Shown here piece by piece: positions 28,092 to 29,405 of a stretch of 29,405 nt of DNA (positions are counted from its first letter, which is position 1; the number at the start of each line of letters is the position of its first letter). Source of the DNA: Eledone cirrhosa. Lineage: Eukaryota. The stretch lies in contig CAXHJY010000771.1 of NCBI GenBank assembly GCA_964016885.1, positions 1 through 29,405 of the forward strand. The letters run 5' to 3'. Under the pieces are notes generated by a model that had not been told where the DNA came from, searched no databases, and was given only the letters and a program-made list of their open reading frames with translations. The translations under genes were made by a program, and so were the position numbers.

Positions 28092-28134
28092 ACGGTGCTG
28101 ATGATAGCTAACAAGCTTGAAACTAGTACATCGT
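28092..28134 (+). ncRNA. Type I hammerhead, family J (intact)
   Basis: acggtg-ctgatga-t agc taacaa gct t-gaaa-ctag-ta^-catcgt; palindromic ACUAGU stem III. Confidence 0.9.
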
Positions 28135-28291
28135 TCCTGTGTCAGTGTTGAACAAAAAGGTGACGTGGTTGCCTTAACACCGTACGGCATAAAATTCAGG
28201 CTGTTCAGTTTGTTTACAAACGAACAAAGCGGCGTTATAATAAGGGTCCGCTAAACTGATACGTGCATATATCTATGTGTACTTGTATGTA

Positions 28292-28326
<35 letters not shown>

Positions 28327-28563
28327 GCGTGCTACTGTACGTCTGTATACATATATGTATGTACGTATACACACATACTTACATTTAAGTAAGTGCCGTA
28401 CTAAGAGTGAGAAATGAAATTTCGTTTTCATTTTATTTCAACTTATCGTTTTCGTATGCCTGACCGACCTGACTCACTCGATATGCAAATTAGGCTGCTC
28501 AGCCGTTAATTTTCATAAGAAAGTATATACTTTCGAACGTTCAACTATCTGGCAGAAGGGTAT

Positions 28564-28606
28564 ACGGTGCTGATGATAGCTAACAAGCTTGAATCTAGTA
28601 CATCGT
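28564..28606 (+). ncRNA. Hammerhead family J, second unit (GAAA to GAAU, probably inactive)
   Basis: Same as 28092-28134 except gaatctagta. Confidence 0.75.
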
Positions 28607-28833
28607 TCCTGTGTCAGTGTTGAACAAAAAGGTGACGTGGTTGCCTTAACACCGTACGGCATAAAATTCAGGCTGTTCAGTTTGTTTACAAACGAACAAA
28701 GCGGCGTTATAATAAGCGTCCGCTAAACTGATACGTACATATATGTATGTGTACCTGTATGTATATATATATATATGCATGCTACTGTACGTCTGTATAC
28801 ATATATGTATGTACGTATACACACATACTTACA

Positions 28834-29319
<486 letters not shown>

Positions 29320-29405
29320 AAATATTAAACAAATAATGAATAAAACAATGAAACAGTTCCTTATATTAAACAAAAAAAGTTCATTATTTAACGATCGTTT
29401 CTAGG

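Larger units (their letters stand above)
27826..28833 (+). mobile_element. 472/473-bp tandem repeat (about 1.8 units, 27982-28833) with one HHR per unit and a 5' inverted fragment (27826-27959); retrozyme-like, related to the 469-bp family
   Basis: tatgcctgaccgac at 27982 and 28455; 27826-27880 is the near reverse complement of gcatgctactgtacgtctg...catactta (28777-28831). Confidence 0.88.

Overview
Eukaryotic (probably invertebrate animal; host not determinable here), gene-free window. It is a (TA)n/(TACA)n microsatellite matrix into which Penelope-like retroelements (PLEs; RT plus C-terminal GIY-YIG endonuclease) and short non-coding repeats are inserted. Contents: (i) one apparently intact two-ORF Neptune-like PLE (5061-9815), whose ORF1 and RT-EN ORF overlap at an in-frame U_UUU_UUA heptamer, suggesting a programmed -1 ribosomal frameshift; (ii) two decayed copies of a second PLE family (11416-14469, 24052-27587); (iii) a 3' fragment of a third PLE; (iv) several non-autonomous tandem or inverted repeats (469-, 310- and 472-bp units, a 3.3-kb inverted structure, and short inserts). 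Reading by eye, almost every sizeable non-microsatellite island carries a type I hammerhead ribozyme (HHR) motif: 21 motifs in about 10 sequence families. Most have a palindromic stem III (dimer-type), and one has a compensatory U3-A8 core. The window looks like a TA-microsatellite-targeted cluster of PLEs and retrozyme-like ribozyme repeats. All Y/I-rich ORFs in the track are microsatellite artefacts. Structures were paired manually; no folding, alignment or database search was run.
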